The position numbers and the translations under genes were made by a program. The notes beneath the pieces were generated by a model. It was not told where the DNA came from and did no database searches. It saw only the letters and a program-made list of their open reading frames with translations. Shown here one piece after another: positions 30,035-39,343 of a DNA stretch of 64,000 nt. Source of the DNA: Candidatus Bathyarchaeota archaeon (lineage in GTDB: Archaea; Thermoproteota; Bathyarchaeia; Bathyarchaeales; Bathyarchaeaceae); NCBI GenBank assembly GCA_963806645.1, contig CAWDYQ010000003.1, forward strand, positions 44,327 through 108,326, given 5' to 3'. The stretch's first letter is position 1. Each line of letters starts with the position of its first letter.

Positions 30035-31274
30035 ACCTGACGGTAATGGACTTTTGATTATTAATGCGAATACAGTTTTGTTCTTAAATGAGACATCTAC
30101 AGCTTATGCATATTATTTTATGCAGGGTTTGAGTACCGAAGAGGTTGTTTCCAAGATTAAAGGTATTTTTCGGGTTAAAGAAAGGCAGGCAAGGGCTGAT
30201 TACGAAAAGTTGGTTTATTCTGTAAGTACTTTGGCCCAGACTGAAGAAGTTGATCCTATATCTTTTCTCGATCTAAAGAAGATTGAGCCTTTTAGTCAGG
30301 AGTATTCTGCGCCTTTACGTGTTGATTTGTCGCTTACTTTTAGGTGTCAGAATAGTTGTGTTCATTGTTATGCTGGGGGATCGCATGAAACTGATGAGCT
30401 AACGACTAGTGAATGGAAAGAGGTTATTGATCGGCTTTATCAGGTTGGTGTTTTTATTTTAACGTTTACTGGTGGAGAACCAACTTTAAGGGAGGACTTG
30501 CCTGAGCTTCTTAGTTATGGACAGAATAAAGGTTTAGTGACAGGTCTCATTACTAATGGAAGAAACTTAACTGATAAGAAATATGTTCAGATTTTAGAGG
30601 AGTCTGGGCTTGATTTTGTTCAGGTAACTCTGGAGTCTCATAAGCCGAAAGTTCATGATTTGATGACAGGCATTAAAGGAAGTTGGAACGAAACAGTAGC
30701 AGGAATAAAGAATTTGATTCCAACAAAGATTTACACAACTACAAACTCGACTTTGAGTAATCATAATGCAAAGGATTTTCTTGATACTGTAGATTTTATT
30801 AAAGAATTAGGAGTTGCTGCTTTTGGATGTAACAGTTTGATTTATTCTGGAAAAGCAAAAGATGTTGTTGAAGATTTTGTTTTTCCTCTTGAAGATTTAA
30901 AGATTCTTTTGCCAAAAGTTCAGGATAAGGCAGCTAAATTGGGACTAAAGTTTTTGTGGTATACTCCAACCCAATACTGTAAGTTTAATCCAATTAAGCT
31001 TGGTTTGGGTATAAAATCTTGTTCAGCGGCAATGATTAACATGTGTGTTGGACCGAACGGGGATGTGTATCCTTGCCAGAGCTATTTTGAAAGTTTGGGT
31101 AATATCTTAAAGAGTGACTGGAAAAGCATCTGGAATAATCCTTTGGCTGTTAGAATTAGAAACAGAGAGTATGTAGAACCAAAATGTAAAGAATGTCCCC
31201 AATTGCAGATCTGCGGAGGAGGGTGTCCCCTTGAGCTACAAAACAAGAATCACATTTGCTCTCAAAGTGGATAA
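29991..31274 (+). CDS. Radical SAM / SPASM-domain peptide-maturase-like enzyme with N-terminal PqqD-like RRE
   Basis: RRE-like VEPDGNGLLIINANTVLFLNETSTAYAYYFMQGLSTEEVV; CQNSCVHC (Cx3Cx2C); SPASM NGDVYPC ... CKECPQLQICGGGC. Confidence 0.88.
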   Translation: MKAILLGLALQLRVEPDGNGLLIINANTVLFLNETSTAYAYYFMQGLSTEEVVSKIKGIFRVKERQARADYEKLVYSVSTLAQTEEVDPISFLDLKKIEPFSQEYSAPLRVDLSLTFRCQNSCVHCYAGGSHETDELTTSEWKEVIDRLYQVGVFILTFTGGEPTLREDLPELLSYGQNKGLVTGLITNGRNLTDKKYVQILEESGLDFVQVTLESHKPKVHDLMTGIKGSWNETVAGIKNLIPTKIYTTTNSTLSNHNAKDFLDTVDFIKELGVAAFGCNSLIYSGKAKDVVEDFVFPLEDLKILLPKVQDKAAKLGLKFLWYTPTQYCKFNPIKLGLGIKSCSAAMINMCVGPNGDVYPCQSYFESLGNILKSDWKSIWNNPLAVRIRNREYVEPKCKECPQLQICGGGCPLELQNKNHICSQSG

Positions 31275-31465
31275 ATAAAAGTGAGTAAATGTAGGATCTT
31301 CAAAAGTTTAACCTAGGTTTTAGATTTGTTCAAAGTAATATTTTAGAAGTTGAAGAACAGATTCTGGAAAATGATGGTCAACAACTTCTTTCAAAATATT
31401 TAGGTAACAGTTAATTTTCGTTGAAATCTAAGCACATCTTTTATTTTGTTGTATCTTAAGGAAGA

Positions 31466-32254
31466 TTGATTGAAGCCATGTTAATTTGGGAGAGGCAACT
31501 TGAAAAAATCAATTCTTTGCGTATGCAGATAGCTGAAAGAAAAGAGAAGAATGAAGGTTTGCTTCGGTTTGATCGTTGTACCATTAGAGCAAGTGATGTT
31601 GCTGGACAATACTATTGTGAGAAAAAGATTGAGTTGGAGTATCTTTATGGTGAAGTGGAAACTGAAACAAAAAATCAGGGAACACAGTGTCATGAAAATC
31701 TAGTTGAAGGCGCCGAAACAGTGGATCAGGAAGAGCTTTGGAAAACTATTTACGGTAAAGAACCTGTGTTGGCAATGGAATGGTTGCTCCTAGCAGATTA
31801 TAACGATATTATTTTGGCGGGTCAACCAGATTCAATATTGTTTGAAAATGGAGTTCCATTAGTTATTTTTGAGTATAAATTTTCAAGAAGTAAAAGAACT
31901 TATCCTAGTTATCATGTTCAAGCCGGATTTTATGGGCTTTTATTGAAGAATCTTGGATTTGACACCCAAAAACTATTTTACGCAATAGTTGTTGCCGACA
32001 GAAGAGCAAAACATGATCCCAAACTTAGAGACAATGTTTTAGAAATAGTAAAGAATAATGGACAAAAGAAGGCAATACTGCCTATTGAAAACGCTATAGT
32101 CTATATTAACGAGTTTGATGAACAAGAGGCCAAAGCAAGTCTTGACTGGGCAATTCATTTTTGGAAAAAACAAAGAGAAGCCATATCAACTAAAAACTCC
32201 AACAAATGCCGAGTCTGCGAATATGAACAAGAGTGTAAAAAACTGATTTTTTAA
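31466..32254 (+). CDS. Cas4-like PD-(D/E)XK nuclease with 4-Cys cluster (no CRISPR context)
   Basis: N-terminal Cys (QYYCEKK), D-x13-EYK (QPDSILFENGVPLVIFEYK), QAGFY, C-terminal CRVCEYEQEC (Cx2Cx5C). Confidence 0.75.
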   Translation: MIEAMLIWERQLEKINSLRMQIAERKEKNEGLLRFDRCTIRASDVAGQYYCEKKIELEYLYGEVETETKNQGTQCHENLVEGAETVDQEELWKTIYGKEPVLAMEWLLLADYNDIILAGQPDSILFENGVPLVIFEYKFSRSKRTYPSYHVQAGFYGLLLKNLGFDTQKLFYAIVVADRRAKHDPKLRDNVLEIVKNNGQKKAILPIENAIVYINEFDEQEAKASLDWAIHFWKKQREAISTKNSNKCRVCEYEQECKKLIF

Positions 32255-32355
32255 CTACAGTTACTTCACTGTATGTACATGTTATTTATGTCAAAACATT
32301 TTAAGACCAGCATCTAGATGTTCTAATCAAATTAATTGAATACCTAAGAACGCAA

Positions 32356-33006
32356 GTGGAGAATAAACCAATGAGCAAAACAATCTGGTTAATAATTCTA
32401 TGTATTGTGGCTTCTGTACTAACATGGTTTCTTGGCAGTGATCAAATAGTAGATTACCTTGTGTTTAGTGGAGAAAATTTATTAAAAGGAAGAGTTTGGA
32501 CCGTAATTACTGGTTTATTTCTCCATGCTGATCCAACTCATCTGATAGGTAACATGGTGTTCTTTTACATTTTTGGGAATACCATAGAAAAAGAGTTGGG
32601 AGATAAATGGGTCTTGATTCCCTTCTTTGTTGGAGGAGTGGCATCTTTTTTGTTGAGTACATTATTTTATGATCCCACAGTATCCATGGTTGGAGCTTCA
32701 GCGGCTATTTTCACTTTGACTGCAATCGTGATGCTTTTAAAGCCGCTACAATTCTCGTTCTATTTCTTGATGCCCCTCGGTTTGGTGGCGATTATTTATT
32801 TTTCATATAATCTGTTAGCAGCTCAGATGGGTATAGAAGGAAGTGTCTCATATATTGGGCATATAATCGGTTTTTCGATTGGTGTTCCTTTTGGAATAGC
32901 AAGTAGTAAAGATTGGCACAAAAATTTGCTTATAACTGCATTATTGTTTATGATCTATCTATTAGTGATCTGGATTGTATTACCAGCTATTGGAATTAAC
33001 ATTTAA
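32356..33006 (+). CDS. Rhomboid-family intramembrane serine protease
   Basis: 6 TM, HADPTHLIGNM, GASAAIF (GxSxx) and IGHIIGF catalytic His. Confidence 0.85.
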   Translation: MENKPMSKTIWLIILCIVASVLTWFLGSDQIVDYLVFSGENLLKGRVWTVITGLFLHADPTHLIGNMVFFYIFGNTIEKELGDKWVLIPFFVGGVASFLLSTLFYDPTVSMVGASAAIFTLTAIVMLLKPLQFSFYFLMPLGLVAIIYFSYNLLAAQMGIEGSVSYIGHIIGFSIGVPFGIASSKDWHKNLLITALLFMIYLLVIWIVLPAIGINI

Positions 33007-33093
33007 GTCTATTTAGGTTAATAAGAAAACATTGAACGCTAAAGCAGGTTGGTTTTTATTAATCGGAGTTTGGCATTAGGTTTACATGCCTAC

Positions 33094-33186
33094 TTAGGCA
33101 TCTTTTTTTTCTATTGCTTTTTTTAGATCCAACAAATAGCATTTAATACAATCGTGTGAGGGATCTGGACAAGTTGAATGGCACAT
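33094..33186 (-). CDS. 30-aa Cys-rich micro-protein
   Basis: MCHSTCPDPSHDCIKCYLLDLKKAIEKKDA with AAGGAG 8 nt upstream of ATG. Confidence 0.35.
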   Translation of the reverse strand: MCHSTCPDPSHDCIKCYLLDLKKAIEKKDA

Positions 33187-33376
33187 GTTCTTTACTCCTT
33201 ATTTAACAGAAATACGTTTTAGATTTTTTCGGTTATTTTAGTATCATTATGGTTTTTTACTGCCAAATAAGTGATTCGTAAAGGATTGTGTTTTTTGTTA
33301 ATAATAATCCAAATGTGGAGTTCACATAATTTAATAACAATGAGATTGACTATGGTTATGATTTAATAGATAATGA

Positions 33377-33673
33377 GTGAAAAATTTGTTATCAATCTTG
33401 GGATTGTTTGGGGCATTATTGGATTCCGGAGCGCTAATACCAGGAGCGGCTTTATGTCTTGGTTTATACATAGGATATATTTTATTATCAGCAAGAAATG
33501 TTGTCCCAATGACCAAAGATGAGATTGATTCACTTTGGAAATTTCACAAGCAATCAAAATGTTGTAAGGCTAAAACTTGGCATGAAATAACTAAGAAAAA
33601 GAAAGTAATCGGGTATGAATGTGAATGTGGTTTTAAGCAGATTCAGAAGAAGCCATTAATCAATGTAGGTTAG
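33377..33673 (+). CDS. Small membrane protein with C-terminal Cys-rich (zinc-binding) domain
   Basis: TM segment then KCCKAKTWH...YECECGF. Confidence 0.5.
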   Translation: MKNLLSILGLFGALLDSGALIPGAALCLGLYIGYILLSARNVVPMTKDEIDSLWKFHKQSKCCKAKTWHEITKKKKVIGYECECGFKQIQKKPLINVG

Positions 33674-33785
33674 ATATGTTTTTTTAATTGTTTACATTTA
33701 GAGTATATAAATAAAGAAGAAATAATCGTTTGGACTTGGGAATAAAAAATAAATGATTGTTCTTACTTCAAAAAATATTATATTT

Positions 33786-34256
33786 TTAGCTTCTTTTTCC
33801 ACTCATATGTTCTATGTCTATTCGTCCAATAGTTACTTTTTGAATTGATTGGTCGTTAATTTGTTTGTTAATGATTTTCTTCGGATCTTTTTCTAGTGAT
33901 TTAATTAATACGAGTAGTGCATGTTCTTTTTCAATTGCATCTTCTACAAAGGTCACCTTGCCTCTAAATTGTGTTGTAGAATATAGTTGATCACATTTAC
34001 CTTGAACGTATCCAAGGTCTTTGAGGGCTTGACCCCAGACTTGATTGTTTTCTTTAAGGAAATTGATTTTCTTTCCCTCTTCTGCGCAGTGAAAGTATAT
34101 GCAATTTTTTTCTTGATCATATCCATGACTAATAGTTACTAAATACGGTTCATCCTTCAAACACATAGCCAAAGTTACATAATGTGTTGTTTTGAGGTTT
34201 TCTTTCAACTCACGTAAATCTGTGAGTTCCTTATCTTTCCTTCTAAGTCCAGTCAA
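33786..34256 (-). CDS. Pyridoxamine 5'-phosphate oxidase-family (flavin-binding split-barrel) protein
   Basis: 156 aa; pattern HYVTLAMCLKDEPYLVTISHGYD...IYFHCAEEGKKINFL typical of Pyridox_ox_2. Confidence 0.7.
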   Translation of the reverse strand: MTGLRRKDKELTDLRELKENLKTTHYVTLAMCLKDEPYLVTISHGYDQEKNCIYFHCAEEGKKINFLKENNQVWGQALKDLGYVQGKCDQLYSTTQFRGKVTFVEDAIEKEHALLVLIKSLEKDPKKIINKQINDQSIQKVTIGRIDIEHMSGKRS

Positions 34257-34386
34257 CAGTTTCCCTCATGGATTGATTAATTTGATTTGCTAAATATTCC
34301 TTTTTTTGTTTTTAATGAATACAAAAAACATCCCATGCTCGGAAGGCCTAATAACAATATCAAAATATTGGGAAATCTTAAAAATT

Positions 34387-34956
34387 TCATGAAGGTCTAA
34401 TGTTTTTGATAGCTTTCTTTACTACCTCAACAATCCTTTTTCTTCTGGTCTCATCCTTTTTAGCACTCGTAACCCAATAAATATATTGGAATCTTGTTGA
34501 ATTTGAAAACTTATGAAAGTTCCTCCAAGCTAATTCATTTTTCTTTAAGGCTTCTGTTAGGTCGCTTGGAATTGTTGGTACTAATTGTGATGAGTAAGCT
34601 ATATCCCATTTTCCATTTTCTTTTGCAATTTTTATTGTTTTAAGCCCAGCTTCTGACATCTTTCCTGTGCGGATCATTTTTTCGGCAGTTTCCCTATTCT
34701 TTTTTGACCAAATGCTATTTTTTCTTCGGGGCGAGAATCTTTGACGAAATCTTTGGGAATCGATGCTTTGCATTTTGCTGTCTATCCAACCGTAGCAAAT
34801 TGCTTCTTCGACAGCGTCTAGGTAATTTAATCCTTTTCGTCCTGAGTTTTTCTTTTGAATAGTTACCCAGACTTCCTTTTCGGAAGAATGGTTTTCTTCA
34901 AGCCAGATGCGCCATTCGTTTTGGTCTTGGAACTCTTGATCAATTGATTGAGACAT
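34387..34956 (-). CDS. YdeI/OmpD-associated family protein
   Basis: CYGWIDSKMQSIDSQRFRQRFSPRRKNSIWS ... FQYIYWVTSAKKDETRRKRI. Confidence 0.75.
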   Translation of the reverse strand: MSQSIDQEFQDQNEWRIWLEENHSSEKEVWVTIQKKNSGRKGLNYLDAVEEAICYGWIDSKMQSIDSQRFRQRFSPRRKNSIWSKKNRETAEKMIRTGKMSEAGLKTIKIAKENGKWDIAYSSQLVPTIPSDLTEALKKNELAWRNFHKFSNSTRFQYIYWVTSAKKDETRRKRIVEVVKKAIKNIRPS

Positions 34957-35029
34957 ATCAAAAAAAGATGCTTAGAATAAGTTATAAAAACCATCCCATA
35001 TTTCGCCACGACGGTGTGGGTTTGACCGG

Positions 35030-35677
35030 TTAAACTAATGCTGGTTCGATTTCGCGAGCAGATGATGGTGTAAGAAATTTTTTTTCCGTTGATTCTTTTT
35101 TAGGAGACTCCAATTTTGAATATTTTTCTTCTTTAACACTAAAACTATTGAAATCTACTATATCTGGTAGTTCCTTTCGTGACTGTGTTTCCTCAAATTT
35201 CGGTACACCCAGCGGTAAAATCGATATTAACCGCCATTGATCAGGAACTTTTAGGATTTCTTTTATTTTTCTCTCGGCAGATTTTTTTTCATCATGCAAT
35301 GAAAAGACGCCTATCCAGCAGGTTCCTAATCCTATGCTTTGTGCAGCTAGAGCCATGTTTTGAGTTGCTGCTGCTCCATCTTCAATAAAATGAAATTGGT
35401 CTGTCTTCGAATTGACGCAAATTGCTATACAAATCGGGGCCTCTTTTACATTTAGGTGAGAAATTGTAGTTACTTTACTGCAGATTTTTTCTTTTATTGT
35501 TTCATCTTTGATTATAATAAACCTCCAAGGCTGAGTGTTTGCCCAAGAAGGTGCCCATCTTTCAGCGTCTAAGATTAAATTTAATTGTTCATCATTTATT
35601 GGAGTTGATTTGAATCTAAAATTACTTCTTCTTTCTCTTATTGTTTTAAGAACTTGATTATTCATAATTTCCCCCAA
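35030..35677 (-). CDS. Nitroreductase-family protein
   Basis: RRSNFRF, APSWANTQPWRFIII, AAQSIGLGTCWIG. Confidence 0.85.
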   Translation of the reverse strand: MGEIMNNQVLKTIRERRSNFRFKSTPINDEQLNLILDAERWAPSWANTQPWRFIIIKDETIKEKICSKVTTISHLNVKEAPICIAICVNSKTDQFHFIEDGAAATQNMALAAQSIGLGTCWIGVFSLHDEKKSAERKIKEILKVPDQWRLISILPLGVPKFEETQSRKELPDIVDFNSFSVKEEKYSKLESPKKESTEKKFLTPSSAREIEPALV

Positions 35678-35881
35678 AGTAACTATGCCATTTCTGGGAT
35701 AAAAAGAACGCTCTTTGAAAGTTGGACCTTTTGACTCTCTGTTTGGGTTTGGGTTTAAATTTTAAACCCCAACGTTAACCTACAAACATTCATTATTCAT
35801 AAAATTTGGTTAGATACGATCGATTCTTAAATATGCGTTGTCAATACTTAAACTCATAAATTAAAAGAGGCGCAAAAAGAA

Positions 35882-36859
35882 TTGTTAGAGCAGCTTGGAA
35901 TAATTGGAAATATTGCCGTTCTTTTTGCATCGTTGATTGTTCTAATTAGAGCTAGCAGCTTGACGATCACGAATTCAGTTAAACTAGCAAGCGTTACAGG
36001 ATTGGGAAAGACAAAAGTTGGGTTCCTGCTTGTTGCTTTTTCTACATCTTTGCCAGAACTTTTTGTTGCTATATTTGCTATTTTAGACCCACAAACAGTT
36101 GGTATTTCATTAGGTAACATTTTGGGTTCAAACATAATTAACATATGTTTAATTCTGGGAATCGGATTTCTTATTATGGCAATAAAATATCCTGAAAGCG
36201 CAGAATTTTTCACCAAAATGGCCAGAGATGAAGTTGGAAATCTAAATTTTGGCATCTTCGTTGCCGCGATAGTTCCATTGCTTTTGCTTTATCTTGGTTA
36301 TTCAAGTCAAATTCTTGGTTTTTTGCTTGTTGGACTTTTTGTTTATAATATGTATGAACTTGCCAAGAAAAGAGAAACTGTTGAACAAATTTCTGACACC
36401 GCAGAAAAATATGAGCGCGGAAAATATATTATCAAAACTCTTTTAGGCATAATAGGGGTTGTTGCAGCTTCCTTTTTCATTATTGAATCAGCGTCTTTTT
36501 TAGCTTTAAGTGTAGGTGTACCTCCAGTTATTATCGGAGCCACAGTAGTAGCTTTTGGAACTAGTTTTCCAGAACTTGTGACAAGTGTAGATTCTATCAG
36601 AAAAGGTTTCATTGATCTTGCGCTTGGAAATGTTATTGGAAGTTGCTTTATTAACATCACTTTAATTTTGGGATTAACTTTCATGTTTGCACCTATTGAG
36701 GTTAATATTGCAGCTTTTTCAGATTTGATACTTTTTTCATTGATTTCTAACATTGTATTTGGGTATATAATGCAGAATTCAAAGATAAGGATACGAGAAG
36801 GAATAACATTAATTGCAATTTACTCACTGTTTCTTGTGATTAGCTTCAGTCCAGGTTAA
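35882..36859 (+). CDS. Sodium/calcium exchanger (CaCA/YrbG) family membrane protein
   Basis: Two alpha-repeats: FSTSLPELFVAI and GTSFPELVTSV. Confidence 0.85.
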   Translation: MLEQLGIIGNIAVLFASLIVLIRASSLTITNSVKLASVTGLGKTKVGFLLVAFSTSLPELFVAIFAILDPQTVGISLGNILGSNIINICLILGIGFLIMAIKYPESAEFFTKMARDEVGNLNFGIFVAAIVPLLLLYLGYSSQILGFLLVGLFVYNMYELAKKRETVEQISDTAEKYERGKYIIKTLLGIIGVVAASFFIIESASFLALSVGVPPVIIGATVVAFGTSFPELVTSVDSIRKGFIDLALGNVIGSCFINITLILGLTFMFAPIEVNIAAFSDLILFSLISNIVFGYIMQNSKIRIREGITLIAIYSLFLVISFSPG

Positions 36860-37047
36860 TATTATCATTCTAAAAGAAGTTTAAAATAATTATTATTGTT
36901 TCAAATATAAGACAGCATCCAACATTCATAATACTCGTGGGCAAAAATTGTACTACGACTTTAAATAGTCCTATCAGAACGATTTAATTAGATAACTTGT
37001 TTGTTATTAAAGATTGAATGAAAAAATTGGAATCAGGGAGAATTTAA

Positions 37048-38688
37048 ATGGCATATTTAACTCAAACTCAAAGTGGACAACCTGTCCTCGTTTTAAAAGA
37101 AGGAACAACTCGAAATAGAGGAAAAGAGGCACAAAAAAACAATATTATGGCTGCTAAAATTATTGCCGAAGCAATAAGATCTACACTTGGACCACGCGGA
37201 ATGGACAAAATGATTGTAGACAGCCTAGGAGACATAACAATAACCAATGACGGAGCTGCAATACTTGATGAGATCGACGTCCAACATCCAGCAGCGAAAA
37301 TGATTGTTGAAGTCGCCAAAACCCAAGACGACATGGTTGGAGATGGAACAACAACTGCAGTAGTTCTAGCAGGAGAACTACTAAAAATGGCTGAAGAAAT
37401 GCTAGAACAGAACATTCACCCAACAGTAATTGTAGAAGGCTACCGGAAATCAGCCCAAAAAGCTCTAGAAATATTAGAAAAAATCAGCCAAACGGTGGAC
37501 CTGAATGATAAAGAAACACTTAAAAAAGTTGCAAAAACAGCAATGGGAAGCAAAGCAGTTGGAGCAGCGAAAGAACACTTTGCAGAAATCGCAGTTAAAG
37601 CAATTAACCAAATTGCTGAAAAAGCAGGAGACAAATGGGTTGTTGACATCGACAACGTCCAAATTGTAAAGAAAGAGGGAAAAAGCCTTCAAGACACCGA
37701 GCTAGTAAGTGGCATAATATTGGACAAAGAAGTTACTCAATCGGGTATGCCCAAAAGCGTGAAACAGGCTCAAATTGCGCTCATAGATACTGCATTAGAA
37801 GTTAAAAAAACCGAAGTCAGTGCTCAAATTAGAATTAACGACCCTGCTCAAATTACAGGTTTCTTAGATAAGGAAACGAACATGCTTAAGAAGATGGTTG
37901 AGAAAATCAAGAAAACAAAAGCTACAGTTTTGATTAGCCAGAAGAGTATAGATGATATGGCAAAATATTTCCTTGCAAAGGAAGGAATAATGGCAGTTAT
38001 TAGTGTAAAAGAGTCTGATATGAAAAAGCTTTCAAGAGCAACCGCTGGAAAAGTTGTTACAAACCTTGATGACATTAGACCGGAAGATATGGGATACGCT
38101 GAACTTGTCGAAGAACGAAAGATTGGCGACGACAAGATGGTCTTCGTAGAGGGTTGCAAGAATCCTAAATCGGTTTCGATTTTGATACGAGCTGGTTTAG
38201 GGCGAATGGTAGACGAAGCTGAACGTATTATGAATGACGTTTTGTCGGTTATTGCTGACATATATAAGAAAAATAAAGTTGTTGCTGGTGGTGGAGCTAC
38301 AGAAACAGAGATGGCTAAACAGCTGCGAGAATATGCTGTTCAGATCGGCGGTAGAGAACAATTGGCAGTTGAAGCTTTTGCGAAAGCGTTGGAAATAATT
38401 CCTAAAACATTAGCTGAAAATGCAGGCTTTGAACAAATCGATATCTTGGTTAATCTAAGAGCAGTTCATGAGAAAACCAAAGGCTATACTATGGGTGTTG
38501 ACGTTTTCACTGGCGATATTGTTGACATGTTCAAGAAAGGAGTCATCGAACCGTTAAACGTTAAAGAACAAGCAATTAAATCAGCTTCAGAAGCATCCAC
38601 TATGATTTTGAGAATTGACGATGTAATATCGGGCGGAAAGACTGGTGGTCCTCCTGGCGGTCCAGGTGGAATGCCTCCAGAATACTAA
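37048..38688 (+). CDS. ths: Thermosome subunit (group II chaperonin)
   Basis: 546 aa; [18 protein letters not shown]-like [25 protein letters not shown]-terminal GGMPPEY. Confidence 0.97.
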   Translation: MAYLTQTQSGQPVLVLKEGTTRNRGKEAQKNNIMAAKIIAEAIRSTLGPRGMDKMIVDSLGDITITNDGAAILDEIDVQHPAAKMIVEVAKTQDDMVGDGTTTAVVLAGELLKMAEEMLEQNIHPTVIVEGYRKSAQKALEILEKISQTVDLNDKETLKKVAKTAMGSKAVGAAKEHFAEIAVKAINQIAEKAGDKWVVDIDNVQIVKKEGKSLQDTELVSGIILDKEVTQSGMPKSVKQAQIALIDTALEVKKTEVSAQIRINDPAQITGFLDKETNMLKKMVEKIKKTKATVLISQKSIDDMAKYFLAKEGIMAVISVKESDMKKLSRATAGKVVTNLDDIRPEDMGYAELVEERKIGDDKMVFVEGCKNPKSVSILIRAGLGRMVDEAERIMNDVLSVIADIYKKNKVVAGGGATETEMAKQLREYAVQIGGREQLAVEAFAKALEIIPKTLAENAGFEQIDILVNLRAVHEKTKGYTMGVDVFTGDIVDMFKKGVIEPLNVKEQAIKSASEASTMILRIDDVISGGKTGGPPGGPGGMPPEY

Positions 38689-38701
38689 GAAGTCCAAGAA
38701 A

Positions 38702-38723
38702 AAAGGACGAACGCACGTCCTTT
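38702..38723 (+). terminator. Inverted repeat just after the thermosome stop
   Basis: aaaggacg-aacgca-cgtccttt, 8-bp stem. Confidence 0.3.
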
Positions 38724-38845
38724 GGGTAATAAAAATATCAATTACCTAAAGGCACAGGTAAACAAAAAGAAGAAAGCTTTATTGAAGCTACTACCTGTTG
38801 CCTGTTAGGGAATTTTCTTTTTTTATCTAAGTTTTTTTAGGGATC

Positions 38846-38974
38846 TTAAAAACTTGCTACACCTTTCTTATCCGTGTAATCGTACCATTTTAAAATCTCT
38901 TTAATTACTTCAAAAGAATAATTATTTTTAGAAAGAAGTTTGACGCAATCCTTTAGGTCTTCTCCTTCTTTCAT
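38846..38974 (-). CDS. 42-aa conserved small protein, ...LKWYDYTDKKGVASF family (copy 2)
   Basis: MKEGEDLKDCVKLLSKNNYSFEVIKEILKWYDYTDKKGVASF; paralogue of 23271-23390. Confidence 0.5.
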   Translation of the reverse strand: MKEGEDLKDCVKLLSKNNYSFEVIKEILKWYDYTDKKGVASF

Positions 38975-39343
38975 TTTCTTCGCCCAGTTTAAGTCTTACA
39001 TACAACTATTGATTTTTAGTTAATAACATATATTACTATTCTCGATATATTCGAAACATTGCTGAGAAAATCATCTTTTATATCCATAATTCCATTTTGG
39101 AAAAAAGAAACCATTGGTCTCCAAAAAAACACAGATTAATAGATAAATCGGGTACTTTGAGTAACTATTGTATCACAATTATAATATTGAATCACGCATA
39201 TTATTATCTATATGACAGATTCAGAAATTGATGGATTGCAAGGTCGAACCCTTAAAGTATAATTCTAGGATTAACGTATAAGTATAGAATCATTTTATAT
39301 TCCTCTGGTACAGCTATTAAAAGAAAATGTAAGGTGAATAGGA

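Noticed and set aside
37068-38261. Multiple 70-137-aa ORFs antisense to the thermosome gene. Similar shadow ORFs lie inside other large genes: 145-393, 472-678, 1054-1248, 2934-3248, 3555-4106, 5045-5809, 8086-8358, 17532-18121, 18878-19726, 20978-21481, 42540-43534, 47291-47921 and 52027-52293.
   Set aside because: They lie entirely within, and antisense to or out of frame with, strongly supported genes. Their products are low-complexity and show no motifs.
39241-39255. aggtcgaaccctt resembling a tRNA T-arm, as a possible tRNA-derived att site upstream of the integrase.
   Set aside because: The loop has 6 nt, not 7. There is no acceptor or anticodon arm around it and no matching copy near 50.4-51.3 kb.
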